DNA of 64,000 bases from Oceanispirochaeta sp. GTDB lineage: Bacteria; Spirochaetota; Spirochaetia; DSM-2461. The position numbers were made by a program, and so were the translations under genes. The stretch covers positions 1,216,001 through 1,280,000 of the forward strand of contig CAXXXD010000002.1 of NCBI GenBank assembly GCA_963663385.2. Reading direction: 5' to 3'. The notes beneath the pieces were generated by a model, which ran no database searches, was not told the DNA's origin, and worked only from the letters and a program-made list of their open reading frames with translations. This document shows, piece by piece, positions 26,715-37,579 of the stretch; within the stretch, counting starts at the first letter, position 1; every line of letters begins with the position of its first letter.

Positions 26715-28001
26715 ATGACTGAGTTGAAGGGGTTTGATCCCGAACTGTTCGAGGCCATGCAGAGAGAGCTGAAGCGTCAGAAGGGCAATCTGGAACTGAT
26801 TGCTTCGGAAAATATTGTTTCTAAAGCTGTTCTGGAAGCTGCCGGATCCGTTTTGACAAACAAGTATGCAGAAGGCTATCCCTCCAAACGCTATTACGGT
26901 GGATGTGAATTTGTTGATGAGGCGGAAGTCCTTGCCATCAACAGGGCAAAAGAGATATTCAACTGTGAATACGCCAATGTTCAGCCCCATTCAGGCAGCC
27001 AGGCTAATATGGGTGTGTATTTTACCGTATGTAAACCCGGTGATACTGTTCTTGGTATGAATCTGGCCCATGGCGGTCACCTGACTCACGGCTCTCCCGT
27101 TAATTTTTCCGGTCAGCTATATAATATTGTCAGTTATGGCGTCGATCCCGAAACAGAAACCATTGATTATGACAATCTGCTGAAAGTGGCTAAAGAGTGC
27201 AAACCTAAAATGATTGTCGCCGGTGCGTCCGCCTATCCCCGTATCCTGGATTTTAAGAAATTCAGAGCCATTGCAGACGAAGTCGGGGCTTTTCTGATGA
27301 CGGATATGGCTCATATCGCCGGTCTTGTTGCCGCAGGTTGTCATCCTTCTCCTCTGGCGGATTCTCACTTTACCACAACCACAACCCATAAAACCCTCAG
27401 GGGGCCGCGAGGCGGTATGATTCTTATGGGAAAAGACGGAGAAAACACTCTTGGTGCTGTCGCTCCCAAAAGCGGAAGGGTTAAAAACTGGTCCGAACTG
27501 GTAAACGGCGCCATATTCCCCGGCTGTCAGGGCGGCCCCCTTATGCATATCATAGCGGCAAAGGCTGTGGCCTTCAAGGAAGCCCTTCAGCCCTCCTTTA
27601 AAGAGTATCAGCAGCAGGTAGTTAAAAATGCCGCTGTGCTGGCAGCCGAGCTGGAAGCCGGCGGTGTACGAATTGTTTCAGGCGGAACCGACAACCACCT
27701 GATGCTGGTGGATCTGACAAATCTGGGCACAACCGGTAAAGATGCCGAAGCATGGCTGGATGAAGCCAGTATCACGGTAAATAAAAACGGAATCCCCTTT
27801 GACAAGAAGAGTCCTTTTATTACTTCCGGCGTCAGAATCGGAACGCCCGCTGTTACATCCCGCGGTATGAAAGAGAAGGAAATGAAGCTGATCGCCCAGT
27901 ATGTAACGGAAGTATTGAAAAGCGGCGGAGAGAAAAATAAAATTGACGAAATCCAGAAAAAGGTTCAATCTTTATGTGGGGATTTCCCGATATATAATTA
28001 A
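26715..28001 (+). CDS. glyA: Serine hydroxymethyltransferase
   Basis: [40 protein letters not shown]. Confidence 0.98.
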   Translation: MTELKGFDPELFEAMQRELKRQKGNLELIASENIVSKAVLEAAGSVLTNKYAEGYPSKRYYGGCEFVDEAEVLAINRAKEIFNCEYANVQPHSGSQANMGVYFTVCKPGDTVLGMNLAHGGHLTHGSPVNFSGQLYNIVSYGVDPETETIDYDNLLKVAKECKPKMIVAGASAYPRILDFKKFRAIADEVGAFLMTDMAHIAGLVAAGCHPSPLADSHFTTTTTHKTLRGPRGGMILMGKDGENTLGAVAPKSGRVKNWSELVNGAIFPGCQGGPLMHIIAAKAVAFKEALQPSFKEYQQQVVKNAAVLAAELEAGGVRIVSGGTDNHLMLVDLTNLGTTGKDAEAWLDEASITVNKNGIPFDKKSPFITSGVRIGTPAVTSRGMKEKEMKLIAQYVTEVLKSGGEKNKIDEIQKKVQSLCGDFPIYN

Positions 28002-28074
28002 ATCCGGATAATTTTTTCCGGTGAAGGGCAGGAAATCTTCACCGGAATTTCTTATAGTATAAATGGGAGATAGG

Positions 28075-29307
28075 ATGAACAATCCGTTGCAGCTTGGACT
28101 GGTAAGTTTTAAAAAAGGCTCATACATCACAGTTGAAGGAAAAAACTCTGACCAATTCTATATAATTCGAAGCGGCAATGTTCATTGCGGTAAGGAATTT
28201 GAGATCGAAGAGGAAACCGGCGGTGAGGTTTTCAAGCCGGGGGATTTTTTCGGTGTAGTTTCCACCATGTCTTCGCATAATCATCTGGAAACGGCAAGGG
28301 CTCTATCGGATGTTACCCTGATTTCTGTAAACAGGGAGCAGTATCCCCTTCTTATAGAGCGGAATACTCCGGTCGCCATGAAGATTATCAATGTATTCTC
28401 CCGCAAGGTAAGGATGCTGGATCAGGCTCTGACAAGGATGACCTTTAAAAATGCTGCAGAAATCGAACCGCCTCACCTGTTTCAGGTGGCTGAATACTAT
28501 ATCAAACAGAATCAGTATAACCAGGCCTACTATTCCTATTATCAATATCTGAAGCACTGTCCCCAGGGGGACAATGTCAAAATCGCCAGGGCTAAAATGG
28601 ATAAAATCAAACCTTATGCCACTGTAGCCTACCTGGATGTTGAAAAATCTTCCGAGTTTATCCGTCAGTATCCCAGGGATACCATGGTGTTCAGTGAAGG
28701 CGAGTTCGGTCCCGAGTTGTATATTATCCAGAAAGGGAGCATACGCATAACTAAAATTGTGGATAACAATGAGGTAATGCTGGCTCTGCTGAAACCGGGT
28801 GATATATTCGGAGAGATGGCTCTTCTGGAAAACAAACCCCGCAGTGCTTCAGCCATAGCTCACGAGGATTCCATACTGATGGCTGTAAACAGAACCAATT
28901 TCAAAAGCATGGTAGTGGAACAGCCCAAGATCATCTCCCGTCTGACTATTCTGCTGGCCGAGAGAATCTGGTCGATCTACAAGCAGCTTGAAAATACCAT
29001 GATCAGCGATCCCGCCGGACGGATGTGGGATACCCTTCTGCTGGAACTGGAAAAAAACAGAATCGACAGCAATATGAAGCGGTCCTATTCCTATCCCTAC
29101 GGTCCCAAGGAGCTGATCAATATTGTAGGGCTTACCAAGGAGGTAGGCGCTGTATCCCTCCGGAAACTGATGGAGAACAAGAAATTCAAGGTTGTGGATA
29201 ACAAGTTCTTTATTGATGATATCAGGGAAGTAAAGAAAAATGCGGACTACTTTAAAACCATGGAAAAGCTGAACCGTTCAAGACAGGCTGGCCGTCAGCA
29301 GGTGTAG
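28075..29307 (+). CDS. Cyclic nucleotide-binding protein (two cNMP domains, central TPR-like helices; Crp/Fnr-related)
   Basis: FYIIRSG...PGDFFG; LYIIQKG...PGDIFGEMALLENKPRSASA; GGAG RBS before ATG 28075. Confidence 0.85.
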   Translation: MNNPLQLGLVSFKKGSYITVEGKNSDQFYIIRSGNVHCGKEFEIEEETGGEVFKPGDFFGVVSTMSSHNHLETARALSDVTLISVNREQYPLLIERNTPVAMKIINVFSRKVRMLDQALTRMTFKNAAEIEPPHLFQVAEYYIKQNQYNQAYYSYYQYLKHCPQGDNVKIARAKMDKIKPYATVAYLDVEKSSEFIRQYPRDTMVFSEGEFGPELYIIQKGSIRITKIVDNNEVMLALLKPGDIFGEMALLENKPRSASAIAHEDSILMAVNRTNFKSMVVEQPKIISRLTILLAERIWSIYKQLENTMISDPAGRMWDTLLLELEKNRIDSNMKRSYSYPYGPKELINIVGLTKEVGAVSLRKLMENKKFKVVDNKFFIDDIREVKKNADYFKTMEKLNRSRQAGRQQV

Positions 29308-29329
29308 TATAGGTTAACCAGCGAGATAG

Positions 29330-29354
29330 AAAAGCCGCATTACGCGGCTTTTTT
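29330..29354 (+). terminator. Intrinsic terminator (likely bidirectional)
   Basis: aaaagccgc-attac-gcggcttttt. Confidence 0.8.
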
Positions 29355-29442
29355 CTGGCCTGGCAGCAAGTTCTGGTTTTTATGCTGCAACATGGCCTTT
29401 TTTTTACTCTCCCGATCTTTATGAAGGGCAAAACAAGCAGTT

Positions 29443-29517
29443 CCTCTCTCCAAACCCCACTGAATCTCCCCTCAGGGGAGACATCCATTAAGGATTCACA
29501 CCATTTGGAGGGGGAGG
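29443..29517. repeat. REP-like multi-hairpin element
   Basis: ctccaaa/tttggag outer stem, inner tctcccc-tca-ggggaga. Confidence 0.5.
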
Positions 29518-31101
29518 CTATGCTACTATATTTCCCTCGGAATCAATCTCTTTTCCAAGGTATCTGATCAGAACAACAACTGCCGCTCCTCCCAGGATAA
29601 GGCTGATCCAGGCGGGGCATCCCAGTCCGGCAGGGAGGGTCCCCAGCAGGAGGGCAATGCCGGCTGCTGTCAGGGCATAGGGTGCCTGTGTCCGCACGTG
29701 GTCGATATGGTCCGAACCGGAAGCTGAAGAGGAAAGTATGGTTGTATCGGAGATAGGAGAGCAATGGTCCCCGAATACCGCTCCTGTCAGAACACTTCCG
29801 ATGCAGGCCAGGATGAGGGGGGTAACCGAACCGCTTGCTGCGGATACATTGGCTGCCACAGGGATAACGATAGGCATCAGGATAGAGTTGGTTCCCCAGG
29901 ATGTTCCTGTAGAGAAAGCCACAAACATGGCTGTGATAAACACAAGGGTGGGAAGCAGGATGACAGCAAGGCCTCCTTCGTTAAAAGGAATAACTGCCAC
30001 AAGCCATTCAGCCAGCTGCATTTCAGAAATAACGGCTTTCAGGGCAAAAGCAAGGGCCAGGATGATGACGGCAACCAGCATGGATTTGGCCCCGCCGATC
30101 CAGGCGTCAACTGCCCCGGTGATGCTGAACTTCTTTGAGATCAGCCCCTGGATACCTGCTGCCATTGAGCTGATAAAGGCTGCCCAGGTCAATACGACAG
30201 AAGCGTCGGCATTTCCCATGGCATCCCGGAAACTCATTCCCTCTTCGTAACCGTTGTACCAGAGGCCGAAAAATGTAATAAGGATAAAAATCCCGATGGG
30301 GATAATTACTTCCAGGACAGATCCTTTCGTCCCGTCAGTCGGCATAAGAGCCTTATCTTCGGTAATCATGGGGTTGGAACCGGCCCGGCATACTTCTCCG
30401 GTCTTTCTGGCCCGGATTTCCGCTTTCAGCATGGGGCCGAAATCCCTCTTCATTCCAATCACCGCAAACAGAAGGATAAGGGAAAAGATGGAGTAGAACC
30501 GGTAGGGGATGGTCTGGAAAAATACCAGCATGGAGTTCCCTTCGATATTCAGTGCCTGCAGTCCGGCCGCAATCAGTCCCAGTTCCATGGCAATCCAGGT
30601 TGAGATGGGAGCCATGGAGGAAACGGGAGCGGCTGACGAGTCTACGATATAGGAGAGTTTTTCACGGGATATCTTCTGTTTATCCGTAATGGGGCGCATG
30701 GTGTTTCCCACGATAATGGAGTTGGCGTAGTCGTCGAAGAAGATGGCTACTCCCATCAGGGCCGTGGCCAGCTGGGTGGACCGCACGTCCCTGGCTTTAG
30801 TGGAAATGCTGTCCGCAATGGCTTTGGTTCCTCCCATTTTGCTGATCATGCCGATCATACCGCCGACGGCCAGAAGGAATACGATAATACCGATATTCCA
30901 GGAATCCGCCAGGGATTGACCCACAATATAGTTTGAAAAGGTTTCAAGGAGTCCCTTCAGAGGATTCCAGTTATTGATTATGGTGGCTCCGCCCCAGATA
31001 CCGGCCAGCAGAGAAACGATTACCTGTTTTTTCCACATGGCAAATAGGATGGCTACCAGAGGCGGCAGCAGAGCCAGGGCTCCGTATGTCAATTCTTCCA
31101 T
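29518..31101 (-). CDS. Na+/H+ antiporter NhaC family transporter (possibly amino-acid transporter)
   Basis: IFFDDYAN, SREKLSYIVDS.AAP, FSTGTSWGT, GAVFGDHCSPISDTTILSS, HVRTQ.PYA. Confidence 0.9.
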   Translation of the reverse strand: MEELTYGALALLPPLVAILFAMWKKQVIVSLLAGIWGGATIINNWNPLKGLLETFSNYIVGQSLADSWNIGIIVFLLAVGGMIGMISKMGGTKAIADSISTKARDVRSTQLATALMGVAIFFDDYANSIIVGNTMRPITDKQKISREKLSYIVDSSAAPVSSMAPISTWIAMELGLIAAGLQALNIEGNSMLVFFQTIPYRFYSIFSLILLFAVIGMKRDFGPMLKAEIRARKTGEVCRAGSNPMITEDKALMPTDGTKGSVLEVIIPIGIFILITFFGLWYNGYEEGMSFRDAMGNADASVVLTWAAFISSMAAGIQGLISKKFSITGAVDAWIGGAKSMLVAVIILALAFALKAVISEMQLAEWLVAVIPFNEGGLAVILLPTLVFITAMFVAFSTGTSWGTNSILMPIVIPVAANVSAASGSVTPLILACIGSVLTGAVFGDHCSPISDTTILSSSASGSDHIDHVRTQAPYALTAAGIALLLGTLPAGLGCPAWISLILGGAAVVVLIRYLGKEIDSEGNIVA

Positions 31102-31290
31102 TTTTTAGAATTACTCCTGCAATAGCAATAAGATGTATGCGGTCGATTCTACCTGTAGAGACGCGGCAAGGCAAGTAGGTTTTCGGTAAGAATCGTTATT
31201 TCGCATAAGGAAGATATAAATGTAGAAATGCAGAGGCCAGGATAAATGAAATTATCAGGGAGATTGAAACATCCTGAAAACAAAACCACA

Positions 31291-31370
31291 CCCCCTTCTC
31301 CCCGGTTGCCTGGGCGAGCAGTACGCGCAGCGTACGACCAGTCCTTTTGGAGAAGGGCCGGGGATGAGGG
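31291..31370. repeat. REP-like palindromic element downstream of ettA
   Basis: cccttctcc/ggagaaggg stem followed by ccggggatgaggg; inner gtacgc-gca-gcgtac. Confidence 0.6.
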
Positions 31371-31371
31371 A

Positions 31372-33054
31372 TTAATCCCGGGTAAGATTCCTGTATTTGA
31401 TCCGGTGGGGCTGATCCGCGTCAATGCCCAGCCTTTTCTTTTTATTCTCTTCGTACTCGGAGAAGTTTCCTTCAAACCAGTAGGCGCTGCTGTCTCCCTC
31501 AAAAGCCAGGATATGCGTGGCGATTCTGTCCAGGAACCAGCGGTCATGGCTGATAACAACCGCGCAGCCTGCAAAGTTCAAAAGTCCCTCTTCCAGGGCC
31601 CGGATGGTGTTGACGTCCAGGTCGTTGGTGGGCTCATCCAGAAGCAGTACGTTGGCCTCTTCCTTGAGCATCATGGCCAGGTTGATCCTGTTCCGCTCTC
31701 CCCCGGAAAGGACCCCCACTTTTTTCTGCTGATCCGCTCCCAGAAAGTTGAACTGGGAGACGAAGGCCCGGGAGTTCATCTCCCGTTTGCCCAGTTTGAC
31801 AATATCCAGACCGTCGGAAATCTGTTCCCAGACCGTTTTTTCCGGATCCAGATTGGCCCTGGTCTGCTCTACATAGGCCAGCTTCGCCGTTTCTCCCAGT
31901 TTCAGAGTTCCCGAATCGGGGGTGTCTTCGCCGGTAATCATCTTGAACAGGGTGGTTTTACCCGCACCGTTTGCCCCGATAATCCCGATAATTCCTCCGG
32001 GGGGCAGCTTGAAAGAGAGATTCTCATAGAGGAGCCTGTCTCCGAATCCTTTGCTTACATTATCCGCTTCAATGACAATATCACCCAGACGGGGGCCGGC
32101 CGGTATATAGATCTGCAGCTCTTTGGCATGCTCTTTCGTATCCTGATTCAGCAGGTTTTCATAGGAGCTGATGCGGGATTTGGACTTGGCGTGCCGTCCC
32201 TTGGGGGACATCCTGATCCATTCCATCTCCTGTTTGAGGGTCCGCTGGCGTTCGGACTCTTTCTTCTCTTCCTGGGCCAGGCGCTTCTGTTTCTGTTCCA
32301 GCCAGGAGGAGTAGTTTCCCTTCCAGGGGATTCCTTCTCCCCGGTCCAGCTCCAGGATCCAGCCGGCTACATTATCCAGAAAGTAGCGGTCATGGGTTAC
32401 GGCGATAATGGTCCCTTCGTAGCGCTGCAGGTGGTGTTCCAGCCAGGCTACGGATTCCGCATCCAGGTGGTTGGTGGGCTCATCCAGCAGAAGAATATCC
32501 GGTTTTTTCAGAAGCAGACGGCAGAGGGCTACCCGGCGTTTCTCTCCTCCTGACAGAACTTCGATTTTTGTATCTTCCGGAGGACAGCGCAGGGCGTCCA
32601 TGGCCAGTTCCAGGCGGGAGTCGAGATCCCATCCGTCAAGGGCTTCCAGCCGGTCCTGTACTTTTCCCTGTTTAATGAGAAGTTTATCCATTTCATCATC
32701 GGTCATTTCCTCGCCGAATCGGGCGTTAATCTCATCGTACTCTTTCAGAAGGTCAACCGTTTCCTGGGCTCCTTCCTCTACAATCTGTCTGACCGTTTTA
32801 TCATTATCCAGCCGGGGTTCCTGTTCCAGGTAACCGATGGTGAATCCGTCGGAGAGGACTGTTTCTCCTGAAAAATCCGTATCCACTCCGGCCAGGATCC
32901 GGAGGAGGGTACTTTTTCCGGCGCCGTTCAGACCGAGCACACCGATTTTTGCCCCGTAGAAATAAGAAAGGTATATGTTATTGAGAATTACTTTCTGGTT
33001 GTGTTTCTTGCTGACACCAACCATTGAATATATGACTTTTTTGTCGTCTGCCAT
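31372..33054 (-). CDS. ettA: Energy-dependent translational throttle ABC-F protein
   Basis: GAKIGVLGLNGAGKS, LSGGEKRRVAL, GNYSSWLEQK, IPAGPRLG, PHRIKY. Confidence 0.96.
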   Translation of the reverse strand: MADDKKVIYSMVGVSKKHNQKVILNNIYLSYFYGAKIGVLGLNGAGKSTLLRILAGVDTDFSGETVLSDGFTIGYLEQEPRLDNDKTVRQIVEEGAQETVDLLKEYDEINARFGEEMTDDEMDKLLIKQGKVQDRLEALDGWDLDSRLELAMDALRCPPEDTKIEVLSGGEKRRVALCRLLLKKPDILLLDEPTNHLDAESVAWLEHHLQRYEGTIIAVTHDRYFLDNVAGWILELDRGEGIPWKGNYSSWLEQKQKRLAQEEKKESERQRTLKQEMEWIRMSPKGRHAKSKSRISSYENLLNQDTKEHAKELQIYIPAGPRLGDIVIEADNVSKGFGDRLLYENLSFKLPPGGIIGIIGANGAGKTTLFKMITGEDTPDSGTLKLGETAKLAYVEQTRANLDPEKTVWEQISDGLDIVKLGKREMNSRAFVSQFNFLGADQQKKVGVLSGGERNRINLAMMLKEEANVLLLDEPTNDLDVNTIRALEEGLLNFAGCAVVISHDRWFLDRIATHILAFEGDSSAYWFEGNFSEYEENKKKRLGIDADQPHRIKYRNLTRD

Positions 33055-33232
33055 TGTATGTTCCTTTTGCTGTAATGAAATCCCATTATACTGAAATCCC
33101 CTGACCCCCGCCAGATCAGGGAGAAGGATATTCTGAAGGGATTTTATGAAATCCGTCCGAAAACCTGTTAATTTGTTATTTTAGGGAGTATATTTAGATT
33201 AAGCAGTATACTATTCAAGAGGAGGGGCTTTT

Positions 33233-34111
33233 ATGAAAAAAACCTTAGCAGTATTAAGCCTCATATTTATATTAAGCTTTACCCTGTCAGCAGATGACAA
33301 TAGTCTTGATTACCTTGAGGGGTATCTTGAATTTCAGAGCGGTTCCGGATGGGAGGAACTCTATATCGGCGATGCCATAGCATCCGATGCCCTATTGAGG
33401 TTGTCCGATAATGGTTATGCCGAAATCCTGATAGGAGATGCGGTAGTAACCCTGATCAAGGACGGAAGCTACCGCATGGCAGACCTTATCAGTGATGTGG
33501 CAGGGATTTCCAATTCGACCATTGATCTTAAGAAGAAGCTGACCCTGAGTACGGACTTTGAAAAATGGCAGCAGGAAGCTACCATGGGTGTGCGTGGCGC
33601 GGAACAGTCTGCAGACGATCTCGGCACGGGTATGGAGGATGCGTATACCTACCTCAATGCCGGTCTGGAACTGCTTGCCGAAGAAAAATACAATGATGCC
33701 CTTGTAAATTTTGAAGAGGGATGGGAGTTCTTTGAAGATGATAACTGCCTGTTTTTCTCGGCTGTCTGTTATGAGGCCTTAGGTCAGAAAAGGGCCTACG
33801 CTTCCAGTATTCAGGATGTCACTGTCGATTATCTGGATGAAGAATTTGTCGCCGCCTTTATAATCCGCAAAGGGGATCTGCTGATGCGTTCTCTCTCATT
33901 TGAAGAAGCCGTTTCTGTTCTGGAAAATTTTAATAAGAACTCTTTTGATTCCACCACAGAAGAAGATCAGAAGATCCATTATCTGTTGGGGAAAAGTTAC
34001 CTTGGTCTGAATAAGAGCAGTATGGCTCGTAAAGAATTTAACACATCCCGGGAACTGGATCCGAATTCGGAAGTCGGCAGAATGGCAGCTGATGCTTTAA
34101 ATAATCTCTGA
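33233..34111 (+). CDS. Exported protein with FecR-like N-terminus and TPR repeats
   Basis: Signal peptide, YLEG...GD.I, TMGVRG, TPR-like HYLLGKSY...A...F......DP. Confidence 0.65.
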   Translation: MKKTLAVLSLIFILSFTLSADDNSLDYLEGYLEFQSGSGWEELYIGDAIASDALLRLSDNGYAEILIGDAVVTLIKDGSYRMADLISDVAGISNSTIDLKKKLTLSTDFEKWQQEATMGVRGAEQSADDLGTGMEDAYTYLNAGLELLAEEKYNDALVNFEEGWEFFEDDNCLFFSAVCYEALGQKRAYASSIQDVTVDYLDEEFVAAFIIRKGDLLMRSLSFEEAVSVLENFNKNSFDSTTEEDQKIHYLLGKSYLGLNKSSMARKEFNTSRELDPNSEVGRMAADALNNL

Positions 34112-34125
34112 TATACTCCGAGGTA

Positions 34126-35295
34126 TTGTTTAAACGTTTTTTCTTTTTTCTAGTCTTGTTATTCTCTCTGCAGAACCTTGCAGCACTGACAGGAGGCAAT
34201 CTCTACCGGGTTATGATGACCCGGGACCGGGAGCCGGTCCGTCTGGTTTTCGTGCGTTCTCTGAAAGGGGTTAATCCGGAACTGTTTCTTATGGAGAATC
34301 TCCGTTATAACGGGACAGGGATAGAGCGGCAGGCAGATAAAACGATTTTTTACGAGAAACGGGATCACGGACGGGTTCCCGTCCTCTGTTTTCACCGTAT
34401 CGGAAATGATCCAAGGTATGAACTGACGGTCAACCGTACCCATCATCTGATGGCTTTTCTTGTTAAAAACCGTTTTTATCCGGTTTCCGACTTACTCTTT
34501 GCCGATGGGGATTTTTCCGGGATCCCTTCAGGATTGAAACCTGTCGTTATAGGTGCGGATGATGCTTCACGCGGGCAGATGATCTGGTCGGAGGAGGACC
34601 TCGAACTGATTGCCTCCGGGATTAATGTCAAAAACCCTCATATTGATCCGAACTGCCTGGCAGCCATTTTCTCCCGGTATTTCCCGGCAGTTCAGGGGCA
34701 TCATAATCTCACATTCTACGTCTCCTTCGATGCGGTTCCCTTCCGTCAGACAGGCGATATTCCTCATAGCGGTTTTCCCTATAGGGATCTTCCGGTTGTA
34801 GAACAGAAGCTGCGCTACATAAATGATAACTACCTTCTGGGGCACCATACGGTCACCCATACCTATCTGGGTGATCAGACTCCGGAACTTCTCATTGATG
34901 AAATCCATCAGGCTGAGGCTATTCTTTCAGACTATCTGGGTCAGCGTCCGAATCTGCCGACCATGGCCTATCCCTATGGTGTGGGATCTCTGGATCCCGA
35001 AGAAGAGACTGCTTTCCGTCATGCCGCCGACAGGGGTGTCTTTCCGGAATATGCCTATGATCTGGATGGAATGCTGTCCTGCCTTCCCTGGAGCCGCAGG
35101 TTTGAACCCTTCAGGATTTCACGGGTTTCTGTAGAAAACAGGAGTTTTGATACGCTTCTGGATCTTCTGGAATCACGGGATATTTATACAAGCAGGCGAA
35201 CGGTTCTGCTTTTTGCCCAGAACAAGAATCTGGATCTGGAATCCTACCATTTGACAATCGGAGGGGACGATACCGTTTATGTTTATATCCCCTGA
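34126..35295 (+). CDS. Polysaccharide deacetylase family protein
   Basis: VPVLCFH, GADDA, GHHTVTH, AYPYG. Confidence 0.75.
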   Translation: MFKRFFFFLVLLFSLQNLAALTGGNLYRVMMTRDREPVRLVFVRSLKGVNPELFLMENLRYNGTGIERQADKTIFYEKRDHGRVPVLCFHRIGNDPRYELTVNRTHHLMAFLVKNRFYPVSDLLFADGDFSGIPSGLKPVVIGADDASRGQMIWSEEDLELIASGINVKNPHIDPNCLAAIFSRYFPAVQGHHNLTFYVSFDAVPFRQTGDIPHSGFPYRDLPVVEQKLRYINDNYLLGHHTVTHTYLGDQTPELLIDEIHQAEAILSDYLGQRPNLPTMAYPYGVGSLDPEEETAFRHAADRGVFPEYAYDLDGMLSCLPWSRRFEPFRISRVSVENRSFDTLLDLLESRDIYTSRRTVLLFAQNKNLDLESYHLTIGGDDTVYVYIP

Positions 35296-35320
35296 CACTA
35301 TAGTAAGATCTGAGGAACAT

Positions 35321-36160
35321 ATGAAAAACAGAGTTGTTATAAAAGCTGACGAAATGGGTTTCTGCCTTGGCGTAAGACGGGCTGTCGGAACCCTGGAAGA
35401 AGCCGTTCATTCCGAAAACGGTCCTGTTTATACCCTGGGTCCCATTATCCATAATCCCAGCGTAATCCGGCATTTTGCTGATCAGGGCGTACAGGTTTCA
35501 GAATCACCCGAAGATATCCCTTCGGGCAGTACGGTAATAATCCGGGCTCACGGGATTCCGCCTGCCCTTCATGAGCGGATGAAAAGGCAGAAACTGAAGG
35601 TGCTGGACGGAACCTGTCCGAAGGTGATCGCTTCACAGAAGACCGTAAAGAAATATGATTCCCTTGGATACAATACGGTTATTGTGGGTGATGCCAATCA
35701 TGGAGAGATCATCGGTTTGGCCGGGTATGCCCGCCGTCCGATTGTATTAAGCTCTCCCTCGGAAGCGGAAGCTCTGGATCTGACCGGCCCCACCATGGTA
35801 ATCAGCCAGACAACCATCAAACAGGATGAGTTTGACCGTATCTGTAAAATACTGGAATCCAAGACGGAGGAGCTGAAGATTGTAAACAATATCTGTTCTG
35901 CAACCAACAACAGACAGGAGGCTTTAAAGCGTCTCTGTGACGAAGTGGATGCCTGTCTTATTATCGGCGGCAGGAACAGCGCCAATACACGCCGTCTCTT
36001 TATGACGGCGGAAGAGACGGGGATTCCCGTATGGCATATAGAAGATGCCTCTGATCTTCCCCCGGAAATAGCTGTTTATGAGAAGATCGGGATAAGCGCC
36101 GGAGCCTCCACACCGGATTCCGTAATCAGGGAAGTGGAGGAGGCTCTTCTCGGTATGTAA
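35321..36160 (+). CDS. ispH: 4-hydroxy-3-methylbut-2-enyl diphosphate reductase
   Basis: GFCLGV, IIHN, RAHG, TCP.V, SQTT, ICSAT..RQ, SANT, AGASTP. Confidence 0.96.
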   Translation: MKNRVVIKADEMGFCLGVRRAVGTLEEAVHSENGPVYTLGPIIHNPSVIRHFADQGVQVSESPEDIPSGSTVIIRAHGIPPALHERMKRQKLKVLDGTCPKVIASQKTVKKYDSLGYNTVIVGDANHGEIIGLAGYARRPIVLSSPSEAEALDLTGPTMVISQTTIKQDEFDRICKILESKTEELKIVNNICSATNNRQEALKRLCDEVDACLIIGGRNSANTRRLFMTAEETGIPVWHIEDASDLPPEIAVYEKIGISAGASTPDSVIREVEEALLGM

Positions 36161-36170
36161 ATTCCGGTTC

Positions 36171-36905
36171 CTAAAACTCCTCCAGCTGAAAATTCAGTTC
36201 GGCCAGGCAGGTATCGTTGTAATGGCTTCCCGGGTATACAGAGTCTATGGTCAGTCTTATTCCGAAAAAGCCGTAGAACTCCATAATCAGTTTGCGGTAT
36301 ATCCATCCGTCTCCCTCTTCCGGTGGAATTCCCAGATCCTGGAGAATCATGCTGTAGAATTCCGGATAGTCCCGGGAAAACTGGAGAATAACATCCTGAT
36401 AAAACTCGTCCTGTAAAGATTCCCACTGTCCTAGGCTGATCGTCTGATCCAGTCTTGTATCTTTGAGGTATATCGGTTCGGAAATTGTCTTCTCTTTGAC
36501 AAAGTAAAGGTTGTAATCCAACTCGGTTACCAGGCCGGGAGCGGTCAGACCTGCCACAAAAGAGACCGTTACTCCCCTGAGCCGGTTGTTACGTAAAAAC
36601 AGTCTCTCACTGGAAGCAAATCCATTGGTGAAACCGATGGCCTTGACTATTTTCCGGGAGAGGATGAGAATCGATTCGCCGACCCCGGCTCCTTTGTCTG
36701 CTTCCACCCAGGGAGTGGCGGGATTCCCGTCGAAGAGGTTTTCCGGTCCATAGGAAATTTCCTTTCCTTTCAGTGTTTCCCTGAGGACCGAACTGGCCCA
36801 GACAGATTCTCCTTCCTGTATCTCCAGCTCTGTCCAGTCCGTGTCCCGGGCTGTGCCTGCGGAAAGGGAAATGAATAAAAACAGAAAAGTAAAAAACTGT
36901 CTCAT
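36171..36905 (-). CDS. Exported discoidin/NADase-type glycan-binding domain protein
   Basis: ASS.L...YGPENLFDGN..T.WVE...G.GE; NNR; IDSVYPG..Y.DTC..E. Confidence 0.7.
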   Translation of the reverse strand: MRQFFTFLFLFISLSAGTARDTDWTELEIQEGESVWASSVLRETLKGKEISYGPENLFDGNPATPWVEADKGAGVGESILILSRKIVKAIGFTNGFASSERLFLRNNRLRGVTVSFVAGLTAPGLVTELDYNLYFVKEKTISEPIYLKDTRLDQTISLGQWESLQDEFYQDVILQFSRDYPEFYSMILQDLGIPPEEGDGWIYRKLIMEFYGFFGIRLTIDSVYPGSHYNDTCLAELNFQLEEF

Positions 36906-36925
36906 GGGGTATCTCCTTTTTCCGG

Positions 36926-37579
36926 TTATGAAATTGATTCCAGTACCCGGCGTGTATCTGCTGAGTAGATATTGTATCCCACCAGATCCGCGCCATCAAG
37001 TTTCGCTTCGTATTCATCCATCTGTTTCAGAATTCTCCCTGCTTTGTGAGCTGTTGATGCATACTGTCGGATAATGGCCTGGCGGTAAGGCAGATCCCCT
37101 CTTAGACGGATGATATCCTCTACCAGGGTTTTCGGTTTTTTCCCGGAGTAGAGAAGGGGCGAGGGAAATCCTGCTGTAACAGGACCGACTCGGCGTATAA
37201 GCCGGTTGGTGTAATTTATATCGAACTCCTCATAAAGGGTCCCGATCTGTCCCAGTAGCTCCCGGCTTTTGGAAACAATCTGATTGTTTGTAACGGAAAC
37301 GCCGGGAAGTTCCTTCCATACCCCGGGGAGGCCCTCTTTCAGAGTAAGAATATAGGTGCTTTGAAAAACCGTCCGGGACTGCCCTCCATCGGGGAAACGC
37401 CTGAGTCCCCGTGGCGCGAGATAGAGCCTGTATGCTGCAAGGAAACAGATCTCATCCTCTATCTCATAGGCAGGGCCCGCTTTAAAAGAGGTATAAATCT
37501 CTTCAGAAAAACCGCTTGCTCCTATTGATGCGGGGAGCAGGAAAAGGAACAGAAATACGATCGGAATCTTTGTATTCAT
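36926..37579 (-). CDS. Exported hypothetical protein
   Basis: 217 aa ORF with signal peptide, co-oriented with neighbour. Confidence 0.65.
   Translation of the reverse strand: MNTKIPIVFLFLFLLPASIGASGFSEEIYTSFKAGPAYEIEDEICFLAAYRLYLAPRGLRRFPDGGQSRTVFQSTYILTLKEGLPGVWKELPGVSVTNNQIVSKSRELLGQIGTLYEEFDINYTNRLIRRVGPVTAGFPSPLLYSGKKPKTLVEDIIRLRGDLPYRQAIIRQYASTAHKAGRILKQMDEYEAKLDGADLVGYNIYSADTRRVLESIS

Noticed and set aside
31102..31290. Lysine riboswitch before the NhaC-family gene
   Set aside because: No AGAGGNGC opening or other L-box features; kept only as an unassigned structure.
31246..32553. 435 aa plus-strand ORF
   Set aside because: Antisense shadow of the highly conserved ettA; no motifs.
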